Below are positions 23,997 through 32,363 of a DNA stretch of 64,000 nt, piece after piece. Source of the DNA: Phycisphaerales bacterium (GTDB lineage Bacteria > Planctomycetota > Phycisphaerae > Phycisphaerales > UBA1924); assembly GCA_035626935.1 (NCBI GenBank), contig DASPMT010000513.1:120-64119 (forward strand), read 5' to 3'. Both the position numbers and the translations under genes were made by a program. Position 1 is the stretch's first letter; the number at the start of each line of letters is the position of its first letter. The notes below the pieces were generated by a model. That model was given only the letters and a program-made list of their open reading frames with translations, made no database searches and was not told the DNA's origin.

Positions 23997-25175
23997 ATGG
24001 CCGACTCCACAACTGTGACCCCCCTTCGGTTCGCTCGTCTTCTGCGTGGGCTATCGGCCAAGCAGCTGGCCGCCATGGTCGGCAGAACGCCGGCATGGGT
24101 TTCCCAACTCGAAACGGAGGCGAAGGAGATGCCGCGGGAAGCCGTGTCCGTGTTCGCAACCGCGCTCGACGTCCCTTCGGCGTGGCTCGATCAGGCACCG
24201 ATCCGGTTGGAGGTACTCCACTTTCGCCACAAGAAGCGGACCAAAGCTGCGCAGCGCGAACGCGTGACTGCTCGCGCCGTGGTCACCCGCATGATCGTGG
24301 CGGAGCTCGAGGAATGCTTCGAGGAGCTGTACCGACCGACGCTTCCCTCGATCGACCTCCCGGGCCAGCCAGGCGACCCCACGCGAGTCCCCGAAATCGA
24401 GGCAGCAGCACGCGAAGTCCGTTCGGCTTGGGGAATGGGTGAAGGGCCCATCCCGGATCTCGTCCGCGCGGTGGAGGCGAACGGGATCTGGGTGACCCAG
24501 CTACAGGGAGAGGATCGCTGCGTGGACGCATACTCCTGGTGGAGCGATGGGCATGCCTTCATCGCGCTGAACCCGGTCCCGCTCGACGGTTCGGATAGCC
24601 CCGCAGCCCCCGCTGAAGCACGAAACTCCTATAGGGAGCGCTTCAACGTCGCTCATGAACTCGGCCACCTAACTCTGCACCGCGACCTGCCGGAAGAGCT
24701 GGTAGGAACCCGTGATGTCGAAAGCGAGGCTCATCGCTTCGCCGCCGCCTTCCTGGTTCCGGCGTCGCAGTGGCGTGCTAGCGCACCGAAGTCCATCAGC
24801 TGGCGCGACTACCGGGAGCACGCTCACCGTTGGGGGGTGTCCGCGACAACCCTCCTCCGCCGTAGTCGCGATCTGGGCCTTTTCGACGAAGCCAGATACC
24901 AGGCGGCAATGATTCGCGTTTCATCCGAGATCGGACGCCGGGGTGAGGGGCTGCACCTCCCTCCTCGAGCCATCGAGCGCCCGGGCCGCCTCGAGGCGCA
25001 CCTGCGGGCTCTTGAAGTCCAGGGCGGGATCACGGTTGCTGACGTGGCGGAGGATATCGGTCTGTGGGAAACGGACGTGATCGACGCGATCGGGGTCCCG
25101 CCAGTAGCCGCTCCACTCGGTAAGGTGATCGACTTCAAGGCCGCTCAGGCAAGAAGCGGTTCTGCCGGTCGGTAG
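23997..25175 (+). CDS. Fused XRE-HTH / ImmA-IrrE (DUF955) zinc metallopeptidase
   Basis: N-terminal LLRGLSAKQLAAMVGRTPAWVSQLE HTH. HEXXH as FNVAHELGHLTLH with a downstream EAHRFAAAFLVP. Confidence 0.85.
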   Translation: MADSTTVTPLRFARLLRGLSAKQLAAMVGRTPAWVSQLETEAKEMPREAVSVFATALDVPSAWLDQAPIRLEVLHFRHKKRTKAAQRERVTARAVVTRMIVAELEECFEELYRPTLPSIDLPGQPGDPTRVPEIEAAAREVRSAWGMGEGPIPDLVRAVEANGIWVTQLQGEDRCVDAYSWWSDGHAFIALNPVPLDGSDSPAAPAEARNSYRERFNVAHELGHLTLHRDLPEELVGTRDVESEAHRFAAAFLVPASQWRASAPKSISWRDYREHAHRWGVSATTLLRRSRDLGLFDEARYQAAMIRVSSEIGRRGEGLHLPPRAIERPGRLEAHLRALEVQGGITVADVAEDIGLWETDVIDAIGVPPVAAPLGKVIDFKAAQARSGSAGR

Positions 25176-25387
25176 GGTGCGCGAGAGGCCCCCTGGGCTT
25201 CCGAGAGGCCGCGACGGTGGGGGGCTGCCGGTGTTGGAGACACGCCCGGTGCCGTCCGTCGCGGCCCCAGCCATCCTACCGCGCGCGGGCACCGGCTGCT
25301 CGCGTACCCTCCCCTTCATGGGAGGAGTAAAAACGCCGAAAGGCGCCCCACCTCCCGCGCGGGAAGAGGGGCATCAAGGCAGGAACG

Positions 25388-25936
25388 CTACGCCGGCAGC
25401 ACGGTGAAGGTGAACCGGTCGCCGTAGAGGACGGCCGAGCGCTGGCAGAGCGCGTACAGCTCCGCCATCGCTGGCGGCGGCAGCACGGTGCAGCCCGCGC
25501 TCCACTCGGCGGTGGCGCCGTCGTGGATGTGCATTCCGTAGAGGCCGCGGGTGATCGGCCCGTCACGGTCGATCCGGCCGTCGCGGTTGCGATCTCGGCG
25601 GATGGCGATCGGGGCGACCTGGCGCAGCGCCGGGCGGCCCTTGTGCTCGCCGAGTTGGTAGGCCCTGCTCGCCTGCTGGGGTGCCTCGATCATCGGCGCG
25701 CCCGCGGGGTTCGGGAGCTGCAGGAAGGTCCGGCGCCCCGGGTCCAGGGTGCAGGGCCAGGTCTTCCTGACCCAGGTGCCGTTCTCGCGCCAGACCGCGT
25801 GAAAGAGGTCGTCGAGCGCGCCCGGCACGTTGGACGGCGACCGCTCGCCGACGAGGTTGAGGTTCAGCTCGCCGCGCTCGAAGACACGGAAGCCGTGGGC
25901 ACGCACGCGTTGGAGGATGACCGGGAGGAAGTCCAT
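25388..25936 (-). CDS. Putative peptidoglycan hydrolase (endolysin candidate), YkuD-like H...SxGC motif
   Basis: Last gene of the late operon. NLNLVGERS, CTLDPG, IRRDRNRDGRID, GMHIHDGATAEWSAGCTVL. Confidence 0.5.
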   Translation of the reverse strand: MDFLPVILQRVRAHGFRVFERGELNLNLVGERSPSNVPGALDDLFHAVWRENGTWVRKTWPCTLDPGRRTFLQLPNPAGAPMIEAPQQASRAYQLGEHKGRPALRQVAPIAIRRDRNRDGRIDRDGPITRGLYGMHIHDGATAEWSAGCTVLPPPAMAELYALCQRSAVLYGDRFTFTVLPA

Positions 25937-26211
25937 CAGCCCTCCACCACCGCATCCCGCCCGCTCGCGCAGATCAGCTCGACGTGGGCGCCGAGCTCGG
26001 CGGCGGCGCGCCCAGCCTCGCGCTCGAGGTGGACCTCGACGTGCACGCGGACGGGCTGGCCCAGCAGCACGCGGATCCGGTCCGCCCAGGTGAGCGCGAT
26101 CGCGGCGTGGACGTGCACGCCGTCGACCGGGGTCCAGGAGAGGCCCAGGCGCCGGCGCACCGCGACCTCGCGCGTCTCGACGAGCGGGATCGCCGTGGGT
26201 GTGGCGCTCAC
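25936..26211 (-). CDS. Hypothetical protein (91 aa)
   Basis: ORF track entry whose start and stop abut the neighbouring genes. Confidence 0.45.
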   Translation of the reverse strand: MSATPTAIPLVETREVAVRRRLGLSWTPVDGVHVHAAIALTWADRIRVLLGQPVRVHVEVHLEREAGRAAAELGAHVELICASGRDAVVEG

Positions 26212-26492
26212 GGTGCCACCGCGTCGTACGTGGCCTCGAAGATGTCGCGCCTACACGGGTAGATCTCGCCCTTCACGCCGACAACGAGCATGTCACCACG
26301 GCCCATGCGCATCGTTCCCTCGAGCGTCGGGAGCAGGTAGCAGTCGTCGGTCTCGTGGGTGATTGGCTGCCCCCGAAACGCGAACGACCAGGGCATGCCG
26401 TTGACCAGGGGGACGCCCTGTTCTCGGCCGTGTTGCACGAGCTCGTCGAAGGTGAAGGCCTCGATCACCACCGGCTTCTTGCGGTACCTCAT
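26208..26492 (-). CDS. Small phage protein, PGDYG-domain-like (94 aa)
   Basis: Only the C-terminal part of ORF 26208..27668 looks coding: MRYRKKPVVIEAFTFDEL...MGRGDMLVVGVKGEIYPCRRDIFEATYD. Confidence 0.55.
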   Translation of the reverse strand: MRYRKKPVVIEAFTFDELVQHGREQGVPLVNGMPWSFAFRGQPITHETDDCYLLPTLEGTMRMGRGDMLVVGVKGEIYPCRRDIFEATYDAVAP

Positions 26493-26908
26493 CGAACGTC
26501 CGCTGCGCTGGGCAGGCAGGGTGTCGCGGCCCCCCAGCTCACGCGCCCGTCGGGCGCGTCGAGCTCGAGCGCGACCTCGTCGACGGCGTCGGCGAGGTAC
26601 ACGAGCACGCTCGTCGCCTCGCACGAGAGCTCGGGCGGGATAGCCCCGCACACGGACAGGTCGAGCGTCACCGCCGGGGGCGCGGCGGTGACGAGCCAGG
26701 CCGAGCCCGCCCGGGCGACCGTCGCGAGACCCGTCGCCAGCATGCAGACCGGCTGGACAGCAGCTCCTGACTCGAGGGCAACGAGATCGAGCGCACCTGC
26801 GGCGGCGACAAGGGCGCCCGCGGGGCTCACAGGGGACGACGCGGCCGGAGCCGTCGGAGACACGTGGGCGCAGCCCGCTGCGAGAGCGAGCAGGATGTAC
26901 AGGGACAA
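26489..26908 (-). CDS. Lipoprotein (lipobox LAAGC); o-spanin-type candidate
   Basis: MSLYILLALAAGC signal/lipobox. Six further cysteines. Located in the lysis-proximal end of the late operon. Confidence 0.6.
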   Translation of the reverse strand: MSLYILLALAAGCAHVSPTAPAASSPVSPAGALVAAAGALDLVALESGAAVQPVCMLATGLATVARAGSAWLVTAAPPAVTLDLSVCGAIPPELSCEATSVLVYLADAVDEVALELDAPDGRVSWGAATPCLPSAADVR

Positions 26909-26929
26909 GGGACCTCCGTGGGTGGGCGG

Positions 26930-27244
26930 CTACGCCTCTTCGTCGGGCGATGCCGAGTCGTCGGGCGCCGAGTACGCGAGGATGGAGAACGCCAGGGTGG
27001 ACGCCGCGTAGTGCAGCGGCGGCAGGTCTTGAGCGGCGAGCTCGAAGCTGTGGGCCGTGTGCCGGTCCGGCAGGACCCCAGCAATGGCGACGGCCAGCAC
27101 CCGACCGGCCCGTGCCTCGGCGAGCCAGTACTCGAGCTGAGCTACGACCTCGGGCACGGCCCCGGGCGCGTCGACGGGATTCGGCTCGAGCGGGACCAGC
27201 CCTGCCTCGATCTCCGCGACGAGGTCGGCCGTGGCTCGGGGCAT
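26930..27244 (-). CDS. Hypothetical protein (104 aa)
   Basis: ORF track entry with balanced composition and two weakly hydrophobic stretches. Confidence 0.5.
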   Translation of the reverse strand: MPRATADLVAEIEAGLVPLEPNPVDAPGAVPEVVAQLEYWLAEARAGRVLAVAIAGVLPDRHTAHSFELAAQDLPPLHYAASTLAFSILAYSAPDDSASPDEEA

Positions 27245-27258
27245 GGTGCCTCCGGAGG

Positions 27259-27540
27259 TCAGCGCGCGATGGGCTCGGTCGCGTCGTAGGCCACGAGGGC
27301 CGCGGCGAGCGGGTCGCAGGCCGGGCAGCAGTCAGCGAGGACCAGCTCCCACCCGGGGACGCCCAGGCCCGATTCGTAGCCGCGGTCGTCTGCGACCCAC
27401 GGCCCCTCGGTCGTGATCGAGACGAGCTGCCCGCCGAGGATCCGCACCTCGGCATCGACGGGGCACGCGCTCTGCGCCAGCGCCGCGCGGACGGCGGCTT
27501 CGGTGTCGTCGGGGACCGAGTAGATGACCCTCCGATGCAC
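27259..27540 (-). CDS. Hypothetical protein (93 aa)
   Basis: GTG start directly after the stop of the upstream gene. VHRRVIYSVPDDTEAAVRAALAQSACPVDAEV... Confidence 0.5.
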   Translation of the reverse strand: MHRRVIYSVPDDTEAAVRAALAQSACPVDAEVRILGGQLVSITTEGPWVADDRGYESGLGVPGWELVLADCCPACDPLAAALVAYDATEPIAR

Positions 27541-27541
27541 G

Positions 27542-28348
27542 TCAAACCTCGTACGGGAAGTGGATGATCGGCGAAATGTAGGTGTCGAAGGCGAACGTGA
27601 AGCCATCGACCGTGTTGGTGTTCCGGCCGACCGCGAGTGCCAGGTAGAGCCTCGATGGGTTTCCGCACGCCGTTTCGCTCGCCGGATCGTTCTTCGTGAC
27701 GAACTCGCCGGCGCTGTCTCGACCCATGGGTGTGGCGTTCGCGATCCGAGCGCCCGAGCCAAAGGTGTCCACCTGGATGCCAACCTGGCCGCTGGCAACC
27801 CCGGCCACGGACGAGCTGAAGGTGAGGCTGCCAGCGCCGTTGGCCGACCCCGCGTTCCCCACGCCCGGCAGCCCCGTCGCGCTGCCCGAGAAGATGTTCA
27901 TTCCTCGGCCGTCAACCGTCCCTGTCGTCAAGCTTGTCTCGTTGACGAGCGCCGCCACAGCGATCGCGCCCGGGCCGGCCGGTGGCAGGGTCCCGCGGAA
28001 GACCATCTGGATGCAGAAGCCGACGTTCCGACTGGCCTCCGGCGGGAAGCCGTACATGTCGGAGAACGGGAAGATCAGGTACGGCCATGCCCCCGTCCAG
28101 TCCGTGCTGCCCCACCCGCTGGTGATCTGCCAGACGAGCCCCGCCCCGTCCCCGCTATCGGTGATCGGCGCCGCCAGGCGGCTCCCCGGATCCCCGGATG
28201 CGATCGCATCAACGAGGGCGAGACGACGCGTCCCGATCCGGAGGTCGCCGTTCGGACCGAATACCTTCGGACCGCCACGAGGAAGCGGGTAGAACTCCGG
28301 CACCAGCCGGCCGAGCTCGTCGTAGACAGCGCATTCGCGGCGACCCAT
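27542..28348 (-). CDS. Tail-fibre-associated protein, paralog B (268 aa); receptor-binding candidate
   Basis: About half of the residues are identical to the adjacent 28348..29154 product over the full length: AIASGDPGSRL, GWGSTDWTGAWPYL, LVNET, GNPSRLYLA, FPY. Confidence 0.7.
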   Translation of the reverse strand: MGRRECAVYDELGRLVPEFYPLPRGGPKVFGPNGDLRIGTRRLALVDAIASGDPGSRLAAPITDSGDGAGLVWQITSGWGSTDWTGAWPYLIFPFSDMYGFPPEASRNVGFCIQMVFRGTLPPAGPGAIAVAALVNETSLTTGTVDGRGMNIFSGSATGLPGVGNAGSANGAGSLTFSSSVAGVASGQVGIQVDTFGSGARIANATPMGRDSAGEFVTKNDPASETACGNPSRLYLALAVGRNTNTVDGFTFAFDTYISPIIHFPYEV

Positions 28349-29154
28349 CAGGACAACCTGTATGGAAAGAACGTGATCGGGGCCGCGTAGGCGTCGAAGA
28401 TGCAGGTCACGGCCTCGGCCGTGCTCGTGGACCGACCAGCGAACATCGCGAGGTAGAACTTCGACGGGTTCCCGACTTCTGTTTCCGTGGTCGTGTCCAC
28501 GCCAGCGTTGAACGCGCCGTTTGCGTCCCGCGCGGCGATGTACGCGACAGCGGCGCGCGCCGTGCTCGACGAGCTGTCCACCTGGACGATGGTCTGCCCG
28601 GACCGATTGGACGACGCAGACGCGCCGGCGGCGAGCGAGCAGCTCCCGTTCGTCACCACGGCGCTGCCGACACCCGGTACACCGCCGGCCACGCTGGTGT
28701 AGACGTAGAGTCCACGACCATCGATGGTGCCGCCGGCCATGCCCGTCTCATTGACCAGGCAGAGGCCGCCGACTGCTCCGGGGCCGGCGCCCGGGAGCGG
28801 GGTGCGCCAGATCACCTGAAGCGCCACCCCGACATTGCGGCCGGAGCTAAGTGGAAACCCGAAAATGTCCGTCAGGTCGAAGAGCAGGTAGGGGTACGCG
28901 CCCGCCCAGTCCGTGGAGCCCCAGCTCGCGGCGAGGGGCCACGTGATCCCCACGCCGTCCCCGCCATCCGTGAGCGCGCTGGTGAGCCTGCTGCCGGGGT
29001 CTCCGGAGGCGATCGCCCGGGCCAGCGAGAGACGGCGCAGGCCGTGCCGAACCGAGCCGCCGTCCCCGCGCACCCGCGCGACGCCTGCTGGCGGCGGGAG
29101 GTTGGTCGGGACTAAGTTGCCGCGCGCGTCGAAGACCGCCACCGTGCGGGCCAT
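28348..29154 (-). CDS. Tail-fibre-associated protein, paralog A (268 aa); receptor-binding candidate
   Basis: Internal ATG (MARTVAVFDARGN...) in an ATGA overlap with the upstream gene. Same length as paralog B. Confidence 0.7.
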   Translation of the reverse strand: MARTVAVFDARGNLVPTNLPPPAGVARVRGDGGSVRHGLRRLSLARAIASGDPGSRLTSALTDGGDGVGITWPLAASWGSTDWAGAYPYLLFDLTDIFGFPLSSGRNVGVALQVIWRTPLPGAGPGAVGGLCLVNETGMAGGTIDGRGLYVYTSVAGGVPGVGSAVVTNGSCSLAAGASASSNRSGQTIVQVDSSSSTARAAVAYIAARDANGAFNAGVDTTTETEVGNPSKFYLAMFAGRSTSTAEAVTCIFDAYAAPITFFPYRLS

Positions 29155-29468
29155 CAGGTCACCGTGCGCCCGTGGACGATGTAGTTCACCTTGACGGCCG
29201 TGGTCGTGTACGCGCGCACCTTGTCCCCGGTCGCGAGCTCCGGGATCGGCCACTGCGCGTGCCCGTTGGCGACCAGCTCGGCTTGGAAGAGCTGCCGCGA
29301 CGTGCCGCCCGAACGCTGGACAAAGATCCGCACCGTCTCGGCCGTGGTGTTCGTGTTGAACAGGCGGACCTCCCCTGCCGCCAGCGACGTCGAGGCGGGC
29401 ACCGTGTAAATGTCAGCCTCTGCGGCTGCGAGCTGGCCATCGGCGAGAGAGGCGAAAGCGACCGCCAC
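29154..29468 (-). CDS. Hypothetical tail-fibre-region protein (104 aa)
   Basis: ORF track entry with beta-rich composition, between the fibre gene and the paralog pair. Confidence 0.55.
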   Translation of the reverse strand: MAVAFASLADGQLAAAEADIYTVPASTSLAAGEVRLFNTNTTAETVRIFVQRSGGTSRQLFQAELVANGHAQWPIPELATGDKVRAYTTTAVKVNYIVHGRTVT

Positions 29469-29477
29469 GGTTCCTCC

Positions 29478-30344
29478 CTACAGATTCACGAGGGCGACGT
29501 CACCGTCCACGCCCGGTACCGAACCCCACGTCTTGTCGCCGCGGAGCACCGTCGACGAGCTTGCGGGGCCGGAGCCGAGCTGGCCCGTCGGCACGAACCC
29601 GTCACTGCCGAGGCCGGCGTAGCCGTTGGCGGCACCCTTCTCGCTCTCGAGCTGGTAGCCCGTGTGCGGGTCCGCCTGGCCAGCGTGCGTGCTCACAGCG
29701 GCCGCGGCGGTGCCAGCCGCGTCCGCCCCCACCTGCGCGGCGGTGGGCGTCGCCCACGCGCGATCACCGCGGAGCCAGTTGGTACCACTCGCCGAGCCGG
29801 TCCCGAGCTGAGCGTCCGGGACGCGGGTGTCCCCGTTGAGGCTGGCGTAGCCGTTGGCCTGGCCCTTGCTGGCCGTCAGCTCGTGCCCGCTGTGCGGGGC
29901 CGCGGCGCCCGTGTGGGCAGTGAGCGCCGCGTCGACGGAGTCGATGGCGCTGTCAAGCGCCGTGTCCGCGGCGGCCCGCGTGGCAGCCTCGGCGGCGTCC
30001 GCAGCGATCCGAGCGGCGGTCTCTGCCGCGAGGCCATCGTCGGTGGCGTAGCCCGGGTGCGGATCGGCGGCGGCGACGTGGGCGGCGATTGCCGCCGACG
30101 CCGTTCCCGCCGGATCAGCCCCTACCTGGGCGGCTGTTGGGTACGGGTGCACGTGGTCCGAGCGCGAGGCCTCGTCGGCCGTGCCCGGCGCGGCAGCAGC
30201 GCCCAGGGCTGCCGGATCGTCGTCGGAGAGGTCCGCGCCACCCCCAACCCCGCCGGCGGGCGCAACACCCTTGATGACCTGGACGATCTTCCGCTCGCTA
30301 TCGACCGTCTCGACGATGGGCCGCGGCTCGGGCCGGACAGGCAT
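29478..30344 (-). CDS. Tail fibre protein with phage-fibre repeats
   Basis: Three repeats of AAQVGAD.AGTA.AA..H....DPH.GY and two of KG.ANGYA.L..D..VP..QLG. Confidence 0.8.
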   Translation of the reverse strand: MPVRPEPRPIVETVDSERKIVQVIKGVAPAGGVGGGADLSDDDPAALGAAAAPGTADEASRSDHVHPYPTAAQVGADPAGTASAAIAAHVAAADPHPGYATDDGLAAETAARIAADAAEAATRAAADTALDSAIDSVDAALTAHTGAAAPHSGHELTASKGQANGYASLNGDTRVPDAQLGTGSASGTNWLRGDRAWATPTAAQVGADAAGTAAAAVSTHAGQADPHTGYQLESEKGAANGYAGLGSDGFVPTGQLGSGPASSSTVLRGDKTWGSVPGVDGDVALVNL

Positions 30345-30694
30345 CAGGCCCCCCTTGGCGTCGGGTCCAGGACCAGAACGCCCTTCAGAAGCGGGTCCCG
30401 GCGACCGCTAGGCCAGTTGAGCCAGATCGCGTACTCGGGGCTTCCGGTGAGGCTTTCGGTGACCGAGTCTGGGACATCCACGACGATCAACGGGTTGTCC
30501 GGATCGGTGTCGTCAACGGACAGGTACTCGACGAGCGAGAAGAGTTCCTCTGCGTCCGCGTCCACCACAGTCGAACCGTCGAAGGTGACGCCGGCGAGGT
30601 CGATCGGGTCGCGCTCGCCGTCGAGATAGCGGAACGACTCGTACCAGCCGGCCAGCGGCACCACGAGCGGGTTGTGCAGACCAGGAGCACTCAC
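30344..30694 (-). CDS. Hypothetical tail-region protein (116 aa)
   Basis: ORF track entry. Acidic, balanced composition. Confidence 0.55.
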   Translation of the reverse strand: MSAPGLHNPLVVPLAGWYESFRYLDGERDPIDLAGVTFDGSTVVDADAEELFSLVEYLSVDDTDPDNPLIVVDVPDSVTESLTGSPEYAIWLNWPSGRRDPLLKGVLVLDPTPRGA

Positions 30695-30737
30695 GATCGG
30701 CCTCCAAAGGGCGTCGCAGCGCAGCTACGCGGCGGCG

Positions 30738-32363
30738 TTAGACGATGGTGAACGTCACCTTCCGGCGCCGGAATCCACCAGGGCGGCCGATCGGACGGAC
30801 GGTCACCAGGAATTCGTAGGTGCCGACCGCGATGGTGTTGAGGAGGTCGAGCTTGAGCGTGCCGGTCCGCGCATTCATCCAGAAGACGTGATGCTCGCCC
30901 GTGCTGGGTGAGCTCTCCTCGTTCACGTCAGCAGCGTTGCCGCTCGCGGGCTTGAAGTAGACGGCCATCCCCGTGAGGTTCACGGGGAACCCGGCGGTGA
31001 AGTGCTCGGTTGCGATGAACGTCTTCCGGCTTGGAGTCGTGAAGTCGGCCGTAGCGCCCACGTACCCAGCGCCGAGCGCACCGTCGTTTCGGAGGAAGCG
31101 GACGTTCACCTCGAAGGCGCACGAGTGCTCACCGAACGGACCCTCATACTCCGTCGTCTGGTCCGGCAGGAACAGCTCGATCGGAAGCTCGGCGGTGAAC
31201 TGGGAGGTTGGGAAGGTCGCCGCGCCCAGCGAAATGAACACTTCGGGGACCGACAACACCTTGTGGTTGAGCGCGTACTCCTCGACCTGCTCGTTCCCCA
31301 CCGGGCGACGCGCACCCTTGGCGACATCGCTGTTCCGAAAGCCACTCACACGGAGATCGGTGAGGTCCCCCGCCGCAATCGTGGTGTCCGCGGCGGCGAC
31401 CGAGACCTGGCAGAGCGAGATCGACTGCGCGGGAGCCGCTGGGGCGACCGGCGATCCGGCCGGGGTCCCGACGACAACGGCGACGGTACCGTCCTCCTTC
31501 GCCACGACGAGGTCGATGCGCGGGTTCGTGGGGTCGGCCGTCGAGATCGTCACGGTCTGCCGGGGGTACCAGCGGCTGATCCCACGGATGACCGCGCACC
31601 CCTCCTCGACCACGAGGACCATGGAGGTCGGCGAGCTCGCCGATACCTTGAGTGCGTTCGGCTTCGCGCTCGGGTCGGGGATGTAGTTCCGAGCGTACTC
31701 CTCTGCGGGATGCCCCTTGAGCATGCTGCCCAACTCGACGAGCGGGCGGGTGTCACGCCACACGGCAGCGCCGGACGTCGCCGGGACCTCAGCGCGCGCG
31801 ATCTTCAGCGTGCCCGCCGGCACCGCGGGCTCCACAGGGCTGGACGCCGCCGTTCCGGCGACGACCTGGGCGACGAAGCCCCACCGACGACGCAGCGGGA
31901 CGCTCTGGTTGCTCTCGTTCCCTGTCGTCGGGTCCTTCACCCGCCGCGTGGTGGTGTCCGTGTTCTCCCGCTCGGGGCGGATCACGACGATGTCCCACCG
32001 CGGGAGCGTCGCGTGGTGAGCCGACAGCGTGATCGCCTCGTCCGCGTCGATTACCATCGGCTGGTACGACTGATACTCGAAGTTGTCGCCCGAAGGCGCC
32101 ACCTTGGTCGAGTCGTAGAGCATGCCCCAGCCGGCAGTGATCTCCGCGGCGAGATCTCCGGTGGCGACCACCTTGCCGTAGTCGGTGTCGGCCGGGAAGC
32201 CAGAGAGCGGCTTGCTGTTGTTCACGTCGTAGAACAGGAGCGCCAGCAGGAACTGCAGGGACTGCTCCGCCATGGTGCCCATGCGGTCCAGCTCATCGCT
32301 CGTGATCAGCCGGCCGAGGTCCCAGGGGACATGGCCGCCGGGGCGGGTCCAGTCGAGGCTCAC
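30738..32363 (-). CDS. Large tail fibre / baseplate-distal structural protein (541 aa)
   Basis: Lies directly downstream of the J- and I-like baseplate genes. T/S/G/V-rich beta-type composition. Confidence 0.7.
   Translation of the reverse strand: MSLDWTRPGGHVPWDLGRLITSDELDRMGTMAEQSLQFLLALLFYDVNNSKPLSGFPADTDYGKVVATGDLAAEITAGWGMLYDSTKVAPSGDNFEYQSYQPMVIDADEAITLSAHHATLPRWDIVVIRPERENTDTTTRRVKDPTTGNESNQSVPLRRRWGFVAQVVAGTAASSPVEPAVPAGTLKIARAEVPATSGAAVWRDTRPLVELGSMLKGHPAEEYARNYIPDPSAKPNALKVSASSPTSMVLVVEEGCAVIRGISRWYPRQTVTISTADPTNPRIDLVVAKEDGTVAVVVGTPAGSPVAPAAPAQSISLCQVSVAAADTTIAAGDLTDLRVSGFRNSDVAKGARRPVGNEQVEEYALNHKVLSVPEVFISLGAATFPTSQFTAELPIELFLPDQTTEYEGPFGEHSCAFEVNVRFLRNDGALGAGYVGATADFTTPSRKTFIATEHFTAGFPVNLTGMAVYFKPASGNAADVNEESSPSTGEHHVFWMNARTGTLKLDLLNTIAVGTYEFLVTVRPIGRPGGFRRRKVTFTIV

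Noticed and set aside
21783-25387. Interpretation of the window as two tandem prophages joined at the integrase
   Set aside because: No module is duplicated: there is one packaging/head/tail set, one integrase and complementary rather than redundant replication and recombination genes. A single phage genome in attP-type order explains it more simply, though the flanks must be inspected.
25176-25387. Bidirectional terminator between the convergent ImmA gene and the end of the late operon
   Set aside because: Only short, imperfect G/C stems are present (for example cgcc-gaaa-ggcg) with no convincing long stem plus U-tract. That is not enough to annotate.
26493-27668. N-terminal about 390 codons of the 486-aa ORF 26208..27668 (-)
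   Set aside because: The translation is R/G/P-rich nonsense that overlaps four compact, better-behaved genes in other frames. Only the last 94 codons (26208..26492) look coding.
27259-30694. Diversity-generating retroelement acting on the duplicated fibre-region genes
   Set aside because: No reverse transcriptase gene and no template/variable repeat pair with adenine-specific differences is visible. The paralogs differ throughout rather than at A-templated positions.
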